Positions 30,406 to 40,523 are shown, counted from the first letter of the stretch. The stretch: 64,000 nucleotides of DNA from Terriglobia bacterium (GCA_965206645.1 CBDBKE010000003.1:96001-160000), one strand, 5' to 3'. Translations and numbers: made by a program. The notes: generated from the sequence alone by a model not told the origin.

Positions 30406-31191
30406 TCAATACATTAGCATGCCCCCACAAACGTTGAACCCCTGTCCAGTAATAGCCACCGACTCGTCGCTGGCGAGGAGCACGGCGAGCGGAACCATTT
30501 CGTCAGGTTCCAAGCGGCGGCCGATGGGCGTCACGCGTGACTCCAGCTCTTCCACGCTCAGGCCGAGGCGGTCCGCATCGTACTGCATGCGAAGGTCGTT
30601 CATCACCGTGCGCACGGGCCCCGGACAAATGGCGTTCACCGTGATGCCCTCGCTGGCCACCTCCAGGGCGAGCACTCGCGTCATGCCCAGCAGCCCGTGC
30701 TTGGAAGCTGTATACGCCACTCCATGCAGAGTGGGCTTCTTCGAGGCTATCGAGGCCACGTTGATGATCCGGCCTCTCTTTTTCTTCAGCAGAATGGGTA
30801 GCACCGCCTTCGACAACAGGTACGGCGCGGTGAGGTTGAGCGCCAGGGTGAGATGCCAGAAGTCGTCGTTGAACTCGACCATGGGCCGGGGATCGGCGCT
30901 GCTGCCCACTCCGGCGTTGTTGACCAGAATGTCGATGGTTCCAAACTCCGCTTGAGTCTGTTCGACGATCCGCTGGGGCGCCTCCGTTTGGGCAAGGTCG
31001 GCGGGAATCCCAATTGCTTGGCCCCCCATTCCCCGGATCTGCTCCACCAGAGACTTCAAGGCGCTCTCGGTGCGCGCTGTCACCGCGACGGCCGCTCCTT
31101 CGCAGGCGAAGCCGAGGGCAATTGCCTGGCCGATGCCGCGGCTGGCTCCGGTGACCACCGCTACGCGGCTTTCCAGCTTTCGCGCCGGCAT
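30406..31191 (-). CDS. SDR-family oxidoreductase
   Basis: TGASRGIG, NNAG, YTASK, NAICPG; start ATG 31191. Confidence 0.92.
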   Translation of the reverse strand: MPARKLESRVAVVTGASRGIGQAIALGFACEGAAVAVTARTESALKSLVEQIRGMGGQAIGIPADLAQTEAPQRIVEQTQAEFGTIDILVNNAGVGSSADPRPMVEFNDDFWHLTLALNLTAPYLLSKAVLPILLKKKRGRIINVASIASKKPTLHGVAYTASKHGLLGMTRVLALEVASEGITVNAICPGPVRTVMNDLRMQYDADRLGLSVEELESRVTPIGRRLEPDEMVPLAVLLASDESVAITGQGFNVCGGMLMY

Positions 31192-31293
31192 AAAAGTATG
31201 TTTCGAACCGCGGCGTACTATACTGTATCCCCATTTTGCTGGCAAGAGGCCGGGGGTTGTTTGCCGAGCAGAGCAACCTCCTAGGAGGAGGAG

Positions 31294-32184
31294 TTGATGC
31301 AGACGGTTGGATTCATCGGTCTGGGGCGCATGGGCCGCCCGATGGCCAAGAACTTGCTTAAGAAAGGATTCTCCCTGGTGGTGCACAGCCGCAGCCGGCC
31401 ACCCGTAGAGGACCTTGTGGCGGCGGGAGCCAAGGCGGCCGGCAGCCCGGCCGAGGTGGCGCGGCACTGCGAGGTGCTCATCACCATGCTGCCCGACTCC
31501 TCCGACGTCACTCTGGTGCTGTCCGGGCCACAGGGCGTGTTTGAAGGTTTGCGGCCCGGAATGGTGATCGTGGACATGAGCACGATTTCATCCGTGGTCG
31601 CGTGGCAACTGGCCGAGCAGGCGGCAGCACGTGGCGCGAGCATGCTGGACGCGCCGGTCAGCGGCGGCGAGATCGGAGCCATCAATGCGACCCTGGTCAC
31701 TATGGTAGGCGGCGACCCCGCTGTGCTGGAACGAGTGCGCCCCATCTTTGCTGCCATGGGGAATCCAGAGCGGATTGTTCACATTGGCCCATCCGGGGCG
31801 GGGCAATTGTGCAAGACCTGCAACCAACTGGTCATCGGTGGAACCCTGGCGGCCGTAGGCGAGGCGTTTGCCCTGGCGCGCAAAGCTGGAGTGGATGCGG
31901 CAAAAGTGCGGGAGGCCCTGCTGGGCGGATTTGCCTCCAGCCGGGTGCTGGAAGTTCACGGCGAGCGTATTCTTCAGCGCAACTATGTCCCCGGCTTTGA
32001 GGCGCGGATGTACCAGAAGGACATGCGAATCGTTACGGAGACCGCGCTTTTCTATGACGTCCCCGTACCTGTCTCCGCCATCGTGCAACAGCTGGTCAAT
32101 GCGCTGATGGCCGCCGGCCGGGAAAAGGAAGACTATTCGACGCTGGGGACGATGGCGATGGCAATGGCCGGCGTGGATTCGTAA
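31294..32184 (+). CDS. garR: 2-hydroxy-3-oxopropionate reductase / beta-hydroxyacid dehydrogenase
   Basis: GFIGLGRMG, DAPVSGG, GAGQLCKTCNQ, GGFASSRVLEVHG, KDM. Confidence 0.85.
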   Translation: MMQTVGFIGLGRMGRPMAKNLLKKGFSLVVHSRSRPPVEDLVAAGAKAAGSPAEVARHCEVLITMLPDSSDVTLVLSGPQGVFEGLRPGMVIVDMSTISSVVAWQLAEQAAARGASMLDAPVSGGEIGAINATLVTMVGGDPAVLERVRPIFAAMGNPERIVHIGPSGAGQLCKTCNQLVIGGTLAAVGEAFALARKAGVDAAKVREALLGGFASSRVLEVHGERILQRNYVPGFEARMYQKDMRIVTETALFYDVPVPVSAIVQQLVNALMAAGREKEDYSTLGTMAMAMAGVDS

Positions 32185-32329
32185 GCCGGCGTGGATTCGG
32201 TAAGCCGGCGTGGATTCGTAAGCCGGCGTGGATTCGTAAGCCGGCGTGGATTCGTAAGCCGGCGTGGATTCGTAAGCCGGCGTGGATTCGTAAGCCGGCG
32301 TGGATTCGTAAGCCGGCGTGGATTCGTAA
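32167..32329 (+). repeat. Tandem repeat, 9 x GCCGGCGTGGATTCGTAA
   Basis: Unit equals the last five codons plus stop of garR; unit 2 has one extra G; no spacers. Confidence 0.95.
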
Positions 32330-32492
32330 GATGGAGTCGTAAGAGCGAAGCTAAGCCAGTCCGCCATCCGCACCTGGCGGGAGGACTGGGACACCGCGGT
32401 TCCCTTGCAACAGGCAAGAGGTCTACATTCAGCAGGCGGATTTCGTCCGAGACCCAGGGAAAATCCACGGTGGGGGAGAAAGGGGGACTCTA

Positions 32493-33788
32493 TTGAAGAA
32501 CAAGCCCAACGCGGCGCTCTTGTATAGCGCAAGCTGCATAGCGCTGATTGTCACTGCCATGGCGTTCGGCGTTCGCGGCGCCATCATGAGCGAGTTGGGC
32601 CAGGAATTTCACCTGAGCGGCACGCAGTTGGGATGGATCGCGGGCGCCGCCTTCTGGGGCACCATGTTGTCGCTGTTCTTATCCGGCCCCCTGTGTGACG
32701 TGCTGGGGATGGGCCGGCTGATGACGGGGGCCTGGCTCGGCCACGCCTTGGGCACGGTGCTGACCATCTTCTCGATCGGATTCTGGTCTCTGGTTTTCTC
32801 TACGCTTCTGATCGGTATCGCCAACGGCCTGGTGGAAGGAGCGACCAATCCTCTGGTGGCAACCCTCTATCCGGAGGAGAAGACCAAGAAGCTGAATCAG
32901 TACCACGCATGGTGGCCCGGCGGAATCGTTATTGGCGGCCTGGTCGCCTACCTGCTACAGCGCCTGGGCGCCGGCTGGCAAATCCAGACAGCCATCCTGC
33001 TGGTACCCACTGTGATCTACGGGCTCATGTTTTTCCGCCAGCCATTCCCCGCGACCGAGCGCGTAGCCTTAGGGATCTCGACCCGCAAAATGTTTGCCGA
33101 GTGCGTTCGGCCGCTGTTCCTGTTCATGATCTTGTGCATGGTTCTGGCCGCCGCTACGGAAACTGGCACCAACCAGTGGATCGCGCTGTTGCTGGAAAAC
33201 TCCGGCGTTCCCGGCATCTTGGTCCTGGTGTGGGTGAGCGGCATCATGATGGTGGGCCGGCTGGTCGTCGGCCCGATGGTGCGGCTGCTAACCACCCCCG
33301 GGCTGCTTCTGTTTGCAACGGTGTTCGCGGCTATCGGGCTTTATGCGATGAGTTACGCGCGCGGCCTGACGTCGTTGGCCGCGGCGGCCATTTTCGCTGT
33401 GGGAGTCTGCTATTTCTGGCCGACGCTGCTGGGCTTTGTCTCGGAACGTTTGCCCGTCTCGGGCGCTTTGGGCCTTGCGTTCATCGGCGGTGCTGGCATG
33501 GCCTCTGCCGGCGCGGCCCTCCCCTTGGTCGGCCGCATCTATGACCGACAACTCGCCGACTCCCTGCCGCTCGGGACCACGGTAGAAATGCTACGAGACG
33601 CGGTTGCGGGCACGGCCGAGGCGGCCCACTGGACGACGGTGCAGCTTGCGGCGGGCTCGGCCACATTGCGACATCTGGTGGCCCTGCCTGCCGTACTGGC
33701 CCTCGCTTTTGCGTTGTTAGTGCTGCAGCAACGGGGCAAAGGAGCCGTCAATCTAGGAGAGGGTGAAGCGCTGACCGAGGAGTCCTGA
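32493..33788 (+). CDS. MFS transporter
   Basis: About 12 hydrophobic helices, NGLVEGATNPLVATLYP, HAWWPGGIVIG. Confidence 0.9.
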   Translation: MKNKPNAALLYSASCIALIVTAMAFGVRGAIMSELGQEFHLSGTQLGWIAGAAFWGTMLSLFLSGPLCDVLGMGRLMTGAWLGHALGTVLTIFSIGFWSLVFSTLLIGIANGLVEGATNPLVATLYPEEKTKKLNQYHAWWPGGIVIGGLVAYLLQRLGAGWQIQTAILLVPTVIYGLMFFRQPFPATERVALGISTRKMFAECVRPLFLFMILCMVLAAATETGTNQWIALLLENSGVPGILVLVWVSGIMMVGRLVVGPMVRLLTTPGLLLFATVFAAIGLYAMSYARGLTSLAAAAIFAVGVCYFWPTLLGFVSERLPVSGALGLAFIGGAGMASAGAALPLVGRIYDRQLADSLPLGTTVEMLRDAVAGTAEAAHWTTVQLAAGSATLRHLVALPAVLALAFALLVLQQRGKGAVNLGEGEALTEES

Positions 33789-33833
33789 TAGACGTTCGGG
33801 CCGGCTGCTGCCACACACCGAGAACCTCCCGTA

Positions 33834-34196
33834 TCAAAAACTCACAACTCGGTCGTGTTCCGCAACCAACTGGGCGTAACGTTTAGGATCCATCCAAGAG
33901 GCACTGATCCCCTGGAAATCTTCTTCGGAGACCCCACGGGCCTTCCCGCAAAGGCCTCAAACAAATACGGGAATTTTGTTGCCCACAGCAAAGGCAAACA
34001 GCTCTTTCAGAGGCGGCAGCCCGACTGGCACGATGCTATCGCGCACGGCGGATTTCATGACAATCACGCCATCGCCCACCAAAGCAATGGCAACTTCATG
34101 CCCGGCCTCCTTGGCCCCCTTGGCGACAACGAAGACCAATCCCGCTTTGGTCGGATCTTCGACGCCATGGGTACCCGTGACCAGAGTCTTAGGCAT
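33834..34196 (-). CDS. DsrE/DsrF-like protein with in-frame UGA (probable selenocysteine, UxxC)
   Basis: MPKTLVTGTHGVEDPTKA...KIPVFV-TGA(33959-33957)-GLCGKARGVSEEDFQGISASWMDPKRYAQLVAEHDRVVSF*; hairpin immediately 3' of UGA; GGGAGG RBS. Confidence 0.85.
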
Positions 34197-34327
34197 TGCA
34201 AACCTCCCATGGAGAACTGTGATCAAAACCCAGCTGGCAACCTAGCACCGAACCAATCCAACGGCAACCGCAATCGCATCGGAGCCCCGGCCTGGGGCAG
34301 ACTTGGCGAATCATGCCCTACCCCAAC

Positions 34328-36037
34328 CTAGTAGAGGGCGAGGGCCCGGCCGGGCGAGCCGTGGGCGTCGCGAACCTTAATCGCGGCAAATAGCAGATAC
34401 GCTTTCCCAGGAAGCTGTTCAAGATTGGTTAGGTACTCAATGCCAGCCATGCCCTTGCTGCCCAGTGCCCAGTAGGTCATCAGCGCGCGACGGGGCTCCA
34501 CGCCTCCGAGCGTGGGCGCATCAATGCCAACGGCCCGGATCCCCTTGCCGGCCAAATAGACGATGACTTCCGGCCCAGGCGCCGGCCAGCCCTCGCTACG
34601 GCCGTTGACGGGATCGTCAAGGCAGCCGGTGGCCTTCGGGTCCTTTTCCGACGGTACGCAACGCTGGCTGTGACCGGTCTGAAAGACCACGATCTCGCCC
34701 GGTTTCAGCGCCCCATTTTTTTTCTCATACTCTGCCACGTGTGCGGACCGGATTTCGGGAGACGCAGGCCACTTGCTGCGGTCCGAGGAGCCGGCCAGCC
34801 CTCGCACATCAATGACCCGAAGCCACCCGCTGGTCTGCGAGACAGGCACCTTTTCCACGGTCACCTCACTGGTGCCGCGAGGACCAAACTGTTTTTCGTA
34901 TTCGGCCAGCCAACGTTGCACCTCGGGCGAGTAGCTGCTGTTGGAGAAGCCGGGGGGCGGTAAAGCGTAGACCGGCGGCACAAGATGAGTGCCGGTGTGG
35001 GCGTCCATGATGTGCACCATGTGGGAGGCCTCTGTTTTCGGATCATAGGCATGCCGCACCGTCAGGAGGCGCTGGCGATGATTGCCAAATCCGGTTCCGG
35101 GCCACCACAGGGGAAGGTTGTCGGCAAACATCACCGAAAGATCCACGACCCTCTTCTTGCGGGCTGACTCAATCAACTGCCCCGCCAGGGGCGAGCCGAT
35201 GACCGCCAAGGCGCGCGACTCGGTGGCCATGGCGCCCACGTATTTCGGAGAGAGCACGCCGTACAAGGCCCCTGTCGGCGGCAGTTGTCCGAACCCAGTT
35301 CCCCCTTCGGTCCAGATCATTCCATACTTCAGCCCGGCCGTATGCGTTGGGTCGGCATAGTCGGGAATCGGACCCATGCTCGGGCTGTCGGTGGCCGCCG
35401 CCATCACGCCCCGCTTAGCCACGTATTCCATAGCCTCGGGAGTGGGGTCAGGCCAGGCGGGCGTACGCCCTTCCAGCGGATCGGCGATAAACCGCCTGCC
35501 CTCGGGCAGGGGAAGGTAGTAGGCATCGCTATATCCGCTGGCGAAGATCACCACGTCGCCTGGTCCCAGCGGACGGTGTTTTTTCTCCCATGCCTGGATG
35601 TCGCTGGTTTGGATCAGGGGGCTGTGCCCCTTGGCGGCGCGGTCTCTCAGGTGGGCAAGGTTGATCACACAGGCCTCTCCGACAAACTGCCACGGTGGGA
35701 CGCTTTCCGCGAACAGGAGGCCAGCCGGCCCGGCGTTCGGGAGGCCGGAACCAGGCATGGGAATCGAGTGCGGCGGCGTGTCGAGTTGCGTGCCGACATT
35801 CCCCTCGAGGAGCAAAACGTCACTGTTGTAGGGGCTTTTGGGGCCAATACGAAGGTAATGGGACATCTGGAAAAGCGGCCAATCGTTCTTAGGCCAGGTG
35901 CCCGGGAAGTCTGCCGCCACCAGAAGCGTAAGATCGACGAGGCCGGCTTTTGCTGGCGGTAGTGGCGTGGTGCGCGCGGTCGTAACAAGAAGCACCGCCA
36001 GGGCGATTACCGAGACAATAAAGGGACGTAGGGTCAT
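34328..36037 (-). CDS. Secreted tandem cyclase / kynurenine-formamidase-like metal hydrolase
   Basis: Two cyclase-like halves (VDL..., GTQLDTPPH / HTGTHLVPP, GDVVIF / GEIVVF, VGIDAP, GIEYLTNL, GSPGRA) and a signal peptide. Confidence 0.85.
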   Translation of the reverse strand: MTLRPFIVSVIALAVLLVTTARTTPLPPAKAGLVDLTLLVAADFPGTWPKNDWPLFQMSHYLRIGPKSPYNSDVLLLEGNVGTQLDTPPHSIPMPGSGLPNAGPAGLLFAESVPPWQFVGEACVINLAHLRDRAAKGHSPLIQTSDIQAWEKKHRPLGPGDVVIFASGYSDAYYLPLPEGRRFIADPLEGRTPAWPDPTPEAMEYVAKRGVMAAATDSPSMGPIPDYADPTHTAGLKYGMIWTEGGTGFGQLPPTGALYGVLSPKYVGAMATESRALAVIGSPLAGQLIESARKKRVVDLSVMFADNLPLWWPGTGFGNHRQRLLTVRHAYDPKTEASHMVHIMDAHTGTHLVPPVYALPPPGFSNSSYSPEVQRWLAEYEKQFGPRGTSEVTVEKVPVSQTSGWLRVIDVRGLAGSSDRSKWPASPEIRSAHVAEYEKKNGALKPGEIVVFQTGHSQRCVPSEKDPKATGCLDDPVNGRSEGWPAPGPEVIVYLAGKGIRAVGIDAPTLGGVEPRRALMTYWALGSKGMAGIEYLTNLEQLPGKAYLLFAAIKVRDAHGSPGRALALY

Positions 36038-36187
36038 TCTTGCAGGCTCTCCTTCTAATGGATTCGTGTCCGGAACTCCGGTGCCATCCTGCGGTAGCAA
36101 GCAGCGGCGGTCTCGCCCGATGGCCATCACCTCGGCGTCTTCATCGTCGCATAAGAACCGCAAGAACTCGCGTGGTGCCTCAATGCT

Positions 36188-36538
36188 TCAGCGAGGATCG
36201 ATTGAGCTAACCTCGATGGTTCCGCCCTTCAGCGTTCCGGCAACCTTTACCTCAATCTCTTTTTCATCCTGCTTAGTGCCCTTCAACAGTTCCAGTGCTT
36301 CCTTGTTCCCGGACTCGTCAAACTTCAGAAACTTACCGTTCCGCTGCACCAGTCCGAACCCCGTCTTGGCGCAACCGACCATGCAACTGACTGGATGTGC
36401 GCTCACATCCTGGCCTTTGCACGCCACATCGCTGAGCCATCCCTCCCAGGTCTCCGCAACGGCCGGTGAGGCGATCAGGCACCCCATTGCCAGAATGGCA
36501 GCGCACCTTCTGACGATCTGTAATATCATGCAACGCAT
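36188..36538 (-). CDS. Secreted Cys/His small protein, related to 13098-13430
   Basis: AETWEGWLSDVAC...HPVSCMVGCAKTGFGL...VKVAGTLKGGTIEVSSI; start uncertain. Confidence 0.75.
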   Translation of the reverse strand: MRCMILQIVRRCAAILAMGCLIASPAVAETWEGWLSDVACKGQDVSAHPVSCMVGCAKTGFGLVQRNGKFLKFDESGNKEALELLKGTKQDEKEIEVKVAGTLKGGTIEVSSIDPR

Positions 36539-36843
36539 AAACCCTCTTAGTGCCAGACTAGATTCCCAGACCACCTAGACTGTAAATAGAAAGCACGGAC
36601 CGGTCAAGCTCGAACCTGCTGATCGCCCTTGCCTGTCGGTCTGCGGCAAGCCCAGTTCCAGGATGCCAGCTCCAGGGTGATTGAAACGCCGCCTTACGAG
36701 GTTCTGGGCGGCCAACTCGACTCCGTGGGGGGCGAAGAGGTGTTGCCCGCCCAGGCGAATTGGTCTAGTCTAAGCGACGGCGATACTGTTAGCTCTTGTC
36801 CCCTAACCCGGCATTGCTCGCAGCGGAGAAAGGAGCATGGCTC

Positions 36844-37729
36844 ATGGTGCAGCGCACGTTACTTCCGGTTGGCATTTTCTGTTTGGTGACCTTCTGTTTG
36901 GTGACTGGCGCTTGCTCTCCCAGCGGTCCTGCTCGCGGCTCAAAAGGAGTGGCTGCACCAGGCGGCCCGGGACACCTTCGTGGCCGGCGACCTGGAGAAG
37001 ACGGTCGAGCACCTGGAGAAACTGGAACGAGTCGAGGGCAGCCCCTACGTGCCAAGTGCGCGCGTTTGGCGAACCATCCTGACGGCCGGACTCGCCCACG
37101 GCCACCTGGAAATAGCGGAAGCCTACTCTGCTGGTTCGAAGCGCGCCGGTGCCAACAAGACCGCCTTTCTGCGGCAAAAAGCGGAGCACTTGAAGGAAGC
37201 CGGCAGGCACGCCTTCTACATGCTGGAATCCTCCGAGGCGTTCCTCAAGGATTCTTCCGGGCAGCCGGTGGTGGTGGAGTTTCCCTTCCCCAGAGGCAGT
37301 GCCGGCCCAGTGCCTGAACTGAATCGCGTCTATGACGGGTTGGACCTGGGAGTGGAGCAACGCAGGCCAGTCGAGGTCAAAACGCTGGATCGTGGAGTGG
37401 TGCGAGCGGTCAGCACTGTGTTGACCTCGGCCGATGATGCTGCCGGAGCCCAGAATGCGCTGCAATCGGGCCGCGTCGAAGTGCCTCGGGCGCGTTTCCT
37501 GCTGGCCATGGCCACCATGATGGAAAAGCTATCTCCCATCTTTGATCGCACAGGGCTGGGCGAGCCGAGCGTTCTGGAGGTGGTGCGGAAGCGTGCCATC
37601 AAGGCCACCGAGCAGGTGCTGGCGCTTGAGCCTGGTGAGGAAACCACAGCGGCGGCCAAGGAGCTACAGGCCGATCTGGAAAAGGCCCTCAAGGCGATGC
37701 CCCGTAGGATGGTTGCCACGCCCCGTTAG
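36844..37729 (+). CDS. Putative lipoprotein, frameshifted in the A-run near 36945
   Basis: MVQRTLLPVGIFCLVTFCLVTGAC lipobox; continues after a 1-nt shift as EWLHQAARDTFVAGDLEKTVEH into the 36980-37729 ORF. Confidence 0.65.
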
Positions 37730-37745
37730 CCAAGCCCAGTAACGG

Positions 37746-38075
37746 CTAGGCGGGTCCCGCCAAACGGCGAATCATTTCCAGGATCTGCTCTCGCTCCTCA
37801 GGCGAGAGTACCGGCAGGTGGCGCCGCATCTCCTCCAGGAAGTCCTGCTCGCTGGGTTCTGCGTTGCCGGAAGGGCCGTCGGCCCCCAAGAACATGTCCA
37901 CCAGTTGCGTTTCCAGGGCCCGCGCAATCCGGGAGAGGGTTTCGATGCTGGGAACCGTGTGCCCGTTTTCTACGCGCGAGATGTAACAGCGCATCAGCCC
38001 CGTCCGCTTCTCCAGGTCTCCCTGGGAGAGGCTGCGCTTCTGGCGAAGGTTGCGGATTGCGATGCCGATATTCAT
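37746..38075 (-). CDS. XRE-family HTH regulator
   Basis: IRNLRQKRSLSQGDLEKRTGLMRCYISRVENGHTVPSIETL. Confidence 0.9.
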   Translation of the reverse strand: MNIGIAIRNLRQKRSLSQGDLEKRTGLMRCYISRVENGHTVPSIETLSRIARALETQLVDMFLGADGPSGNAEPSEQDFLEEMRRHLPVLSPEEREQILEMIRRLAGPA

Positions 38076-38231
38076 CGCGCAATCTGTGCTTGGCAGAATA
38101 TAGCGCAGCCCCGTCCCGCAGCCAAGCGAGAAATTTTCTTCTTGGCCCTTCAGATCTGTTCCCGTAGGCCTCGCCAATACGCCTCGTCAATACCGAGGTT
38201 AGGTCTTGGCAGCGGATGGGGTGGTAGGATT

Positions 38232-38302
38232 CAGGACCAAAGCTGCAGGACCAAAGCTGCAGGACCAAAGCTGCAGGACCAAAGCTACAGGCGGCAAAGC
38301 TG
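38232..38302 (+). repeat. Tandem repeat CAGGACCAAAGCTG, about 4 copies plus 1 degenerate
   Basis: Read directly; lies in the divergent intergenic region. Confidence 0.9.
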
Positions 38303-38356
38303 CAGCGGCGCACCAGGCGATCCGCGCAGATCCACCCGGGCTGCGGTAGAATCACG

Positions 38357-39145
38357 GTGACGAATGGAGGGAACTGTTTGTCGGGCGCCGACCGATGGGA
38401 GGGAACCGACCGCCAACTGCTGCTAGGTCCCGCTGGCGTCGGAAAAAGCCACCGGCTTCGCGAAAGATTTGTCGAAGCGATGCAGGCCGAGGGCGCGGCC
38501 GAAACGCTGCTGCTGGTGCCCACCGCCAGCTACCGCGATCACACTCGCAATTTGGTGCTGCGCGAAGGAGGCCTTCGAGGCTTTTCGGACGCAGCGGTCT
38601 GCACCTTTCGCGACCTGCTGGAGCGTCTGTTTTCAGAGAGCCACTGTGGTACACGGGGAGATTCACTGCTGGCGAGGCAAAGCGACAGCGGACCACCCGC
38701 AGAGTTGAGCGCCGCGCGACGGGAGCTGCTGCTCCGCCGCCTGCTTCGGGAGCTGCCGCTGCCTTACTTGAATGCGGTGCGGGACTTCCCTGGCTTTCGT
38801 ACAGCGCTGGGAGATGCGCTGGAAGAGGCGCGTCGCGCCGGAGTGGAGCCAGACACACTGGAAGCCGTATTGCGCAATGGGGCACCCTCGGCACGCCATC
38901 ATGCCTTTCAGCAACTTTTTCGGGCCCACCTTGCCGCCCTGCGCCAGGCGGGCGCCAATGAAGCCCAACACCTCTCCCAGGTTTTCGAAACCCTCGCCAG
39001 CGGGGGCCTGCGCCTCAGACTCCTCCTGTTAGATGGATTTGCCGACTTCACCGCAGAGCAGCGGGCCCTGTTGATGGCCTTGTTGCCCCATGCGCCCGTG
39101 GCTGTCGTAACGCTGACGCTGGACCCGCAGAAACGCGATTTCTTT
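38357..39145 (+). pseudogene. AddB/RexB-like helicase-nuclease subunit, 3'-truncated
   Basis: LLLGPAGVGKS, LLLVPT, VCTF, LLLLDGFADFT..QRALL; the frame runs into a MITE at 39146. Confidence 0.75.
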
Positions 39146-39276
39146 GGTACTGTCAAGTTAAGCAGTTTGGCGGCATTCTCGCCGCCCGCCGCCACCGCTA
39201 AGTCATTGATTCTCAGTCTCTGATCCAGCAGAATCCTTCCGCAAAACGGGCAGATTCTGTTCAACTTGACAGTACC
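39146..39276. mobile_element. 131-bp IS6-derived MITE
   Basis: Perfect 14-bp IRs GGTACTGTCAAGTT / AACTTGACAGTACC, matching the IS6 ends at 40524/41327; no TSD. Confidence 0.9.
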
Positions 39277-40152
39277 ATGCCTAGTGTTGATGAGTTGGCG
39301 AATCTGTGATTCTAAATGCGGTAGCCTTTTTCCCATCCTTCGCCGTCGGCGAAGGAGTTTCCAAATGTCGATGTCGAACCAATCAGAGAATGCAGCGTGA
39401 ATGCTATTGATCCCCTGGAAACTGTACCGATCTGCGACAATGTCCTCGATCGTCTTGGTTCTTGACTGGACCGATAGAAGGTCTGACATCGTGACCTTTG
39501 TGGTCTGGTGTTGTAATTGTTTCTGCGCTGCCGGGTCGTAGTGTAAGAGTATCTTGAAACAACGACTGAAAAAGTGTTCTAGAGCAGCAACGGCGAATGG
39601 CACCAGGGCGTTGTATAGAACACGTGCAGGATCTGCATGTGACAAGGGTTCGAGCTTGGTGCCGACAAGACGTTCTAAGCTCTTCTGTGGCTCTGGAAGT
39701 GCACATCGGACAGCACGAACGCTGTCGGTTACAAATGCATAGGCAAGATAGATTCCACGCGTTGGAGCGTCGCGCACGTCAGGAGTGACTTTTGTGTACC
39801 TATTTCGACCAAAGCAGTCATTGTAAAAGCTTCCGCCAAAACGTGCTCGTGCAAGGCGAATGAGACTATTTTGCTGTTCCCTGTCTGCTGGACTTGCGGA
39901 GCGACGAGTCCGTGTGTGTAGAGCCCATGTGCAGTTCCCTAGCGTGGCTTTCGCATCTTCTGATGGAGGACAAATTGTAGCCTCAACCCCATCGAAAGAT
40001 TGATAATCGACCTCGTTAAACCAATGAAAGTGCAACGAACCCTTCGGCCAATCCCAAAGATGCCCGGATGGCTTGAACCCAAGTTCACTTACGAGCTTTT
40101 TGAGCTCATCTCGTGACGAGCGTGTCGGGTGAAAAATGACTTCAATGCTCAT
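39277..40152 (-). pseudogene. Lower-GC protein with probable C-terminal HEPN domain, truncated by the MITE
   Basis: AVAALEHFF...YSFQGINSI...IRQLINTRHG is cut at the MITE where an RxxxxH motif would complete. Confidence 0.55.
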
Positions 40153-40523
40153 AGTGAACTGCCCCGCGTGTCACGGAGAACTCGTTACTCGACTCTGGCC
40201 ACCATGGCGAGAGTCTCGTGCGTTTGATGGTACTGCTGTTCACACTCCGCTGGCACCGTCGTCTACGGCCGCAGCACAACCAGCGTCGGCCAAGAATCGA
40301 GTTGATTGCCTGTGTTGTCAGGCTGCCGCCAATGATGACGAGCTGCGGATCTGATGTTGGTCACGAACTCACTGCAAGCTCGAAAAGGTCGAAACTTGCC
40401 TCCGGATTGTCCTGCGAGCTACTGCCTTTGGCCGGTTCCGTTCGGCCCGTCTTCGGCGGGGCTTCCTCTATCTCTGCGGTATCGCCGTGACCCTTGCCGT
40501 TTGGTGTCATGTGTTCCCGTTGT

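Noticed and set aside
32167-32329. Possible CRISPR array for the Csm module
   Set aside because: Units are contiguous 18-mers with no unique spacers and derive from a gene end.
31588-32532. ORFs with YESTPA / LTNPRR / VSRRGF peptide repeats
   Set aside because: Translations of the DNA tandem repeat, antisense or out of frame to real genes.
38232-38302. Possible mini CRISPR array
   Set aside because: 14-bp head-to-tail repeats without spacers.
38908-39276. C-terminal extension of the 414-aa minus-strand ORF
   Set aside because: Read-through across the MITE and antisense to the addB-like gene.
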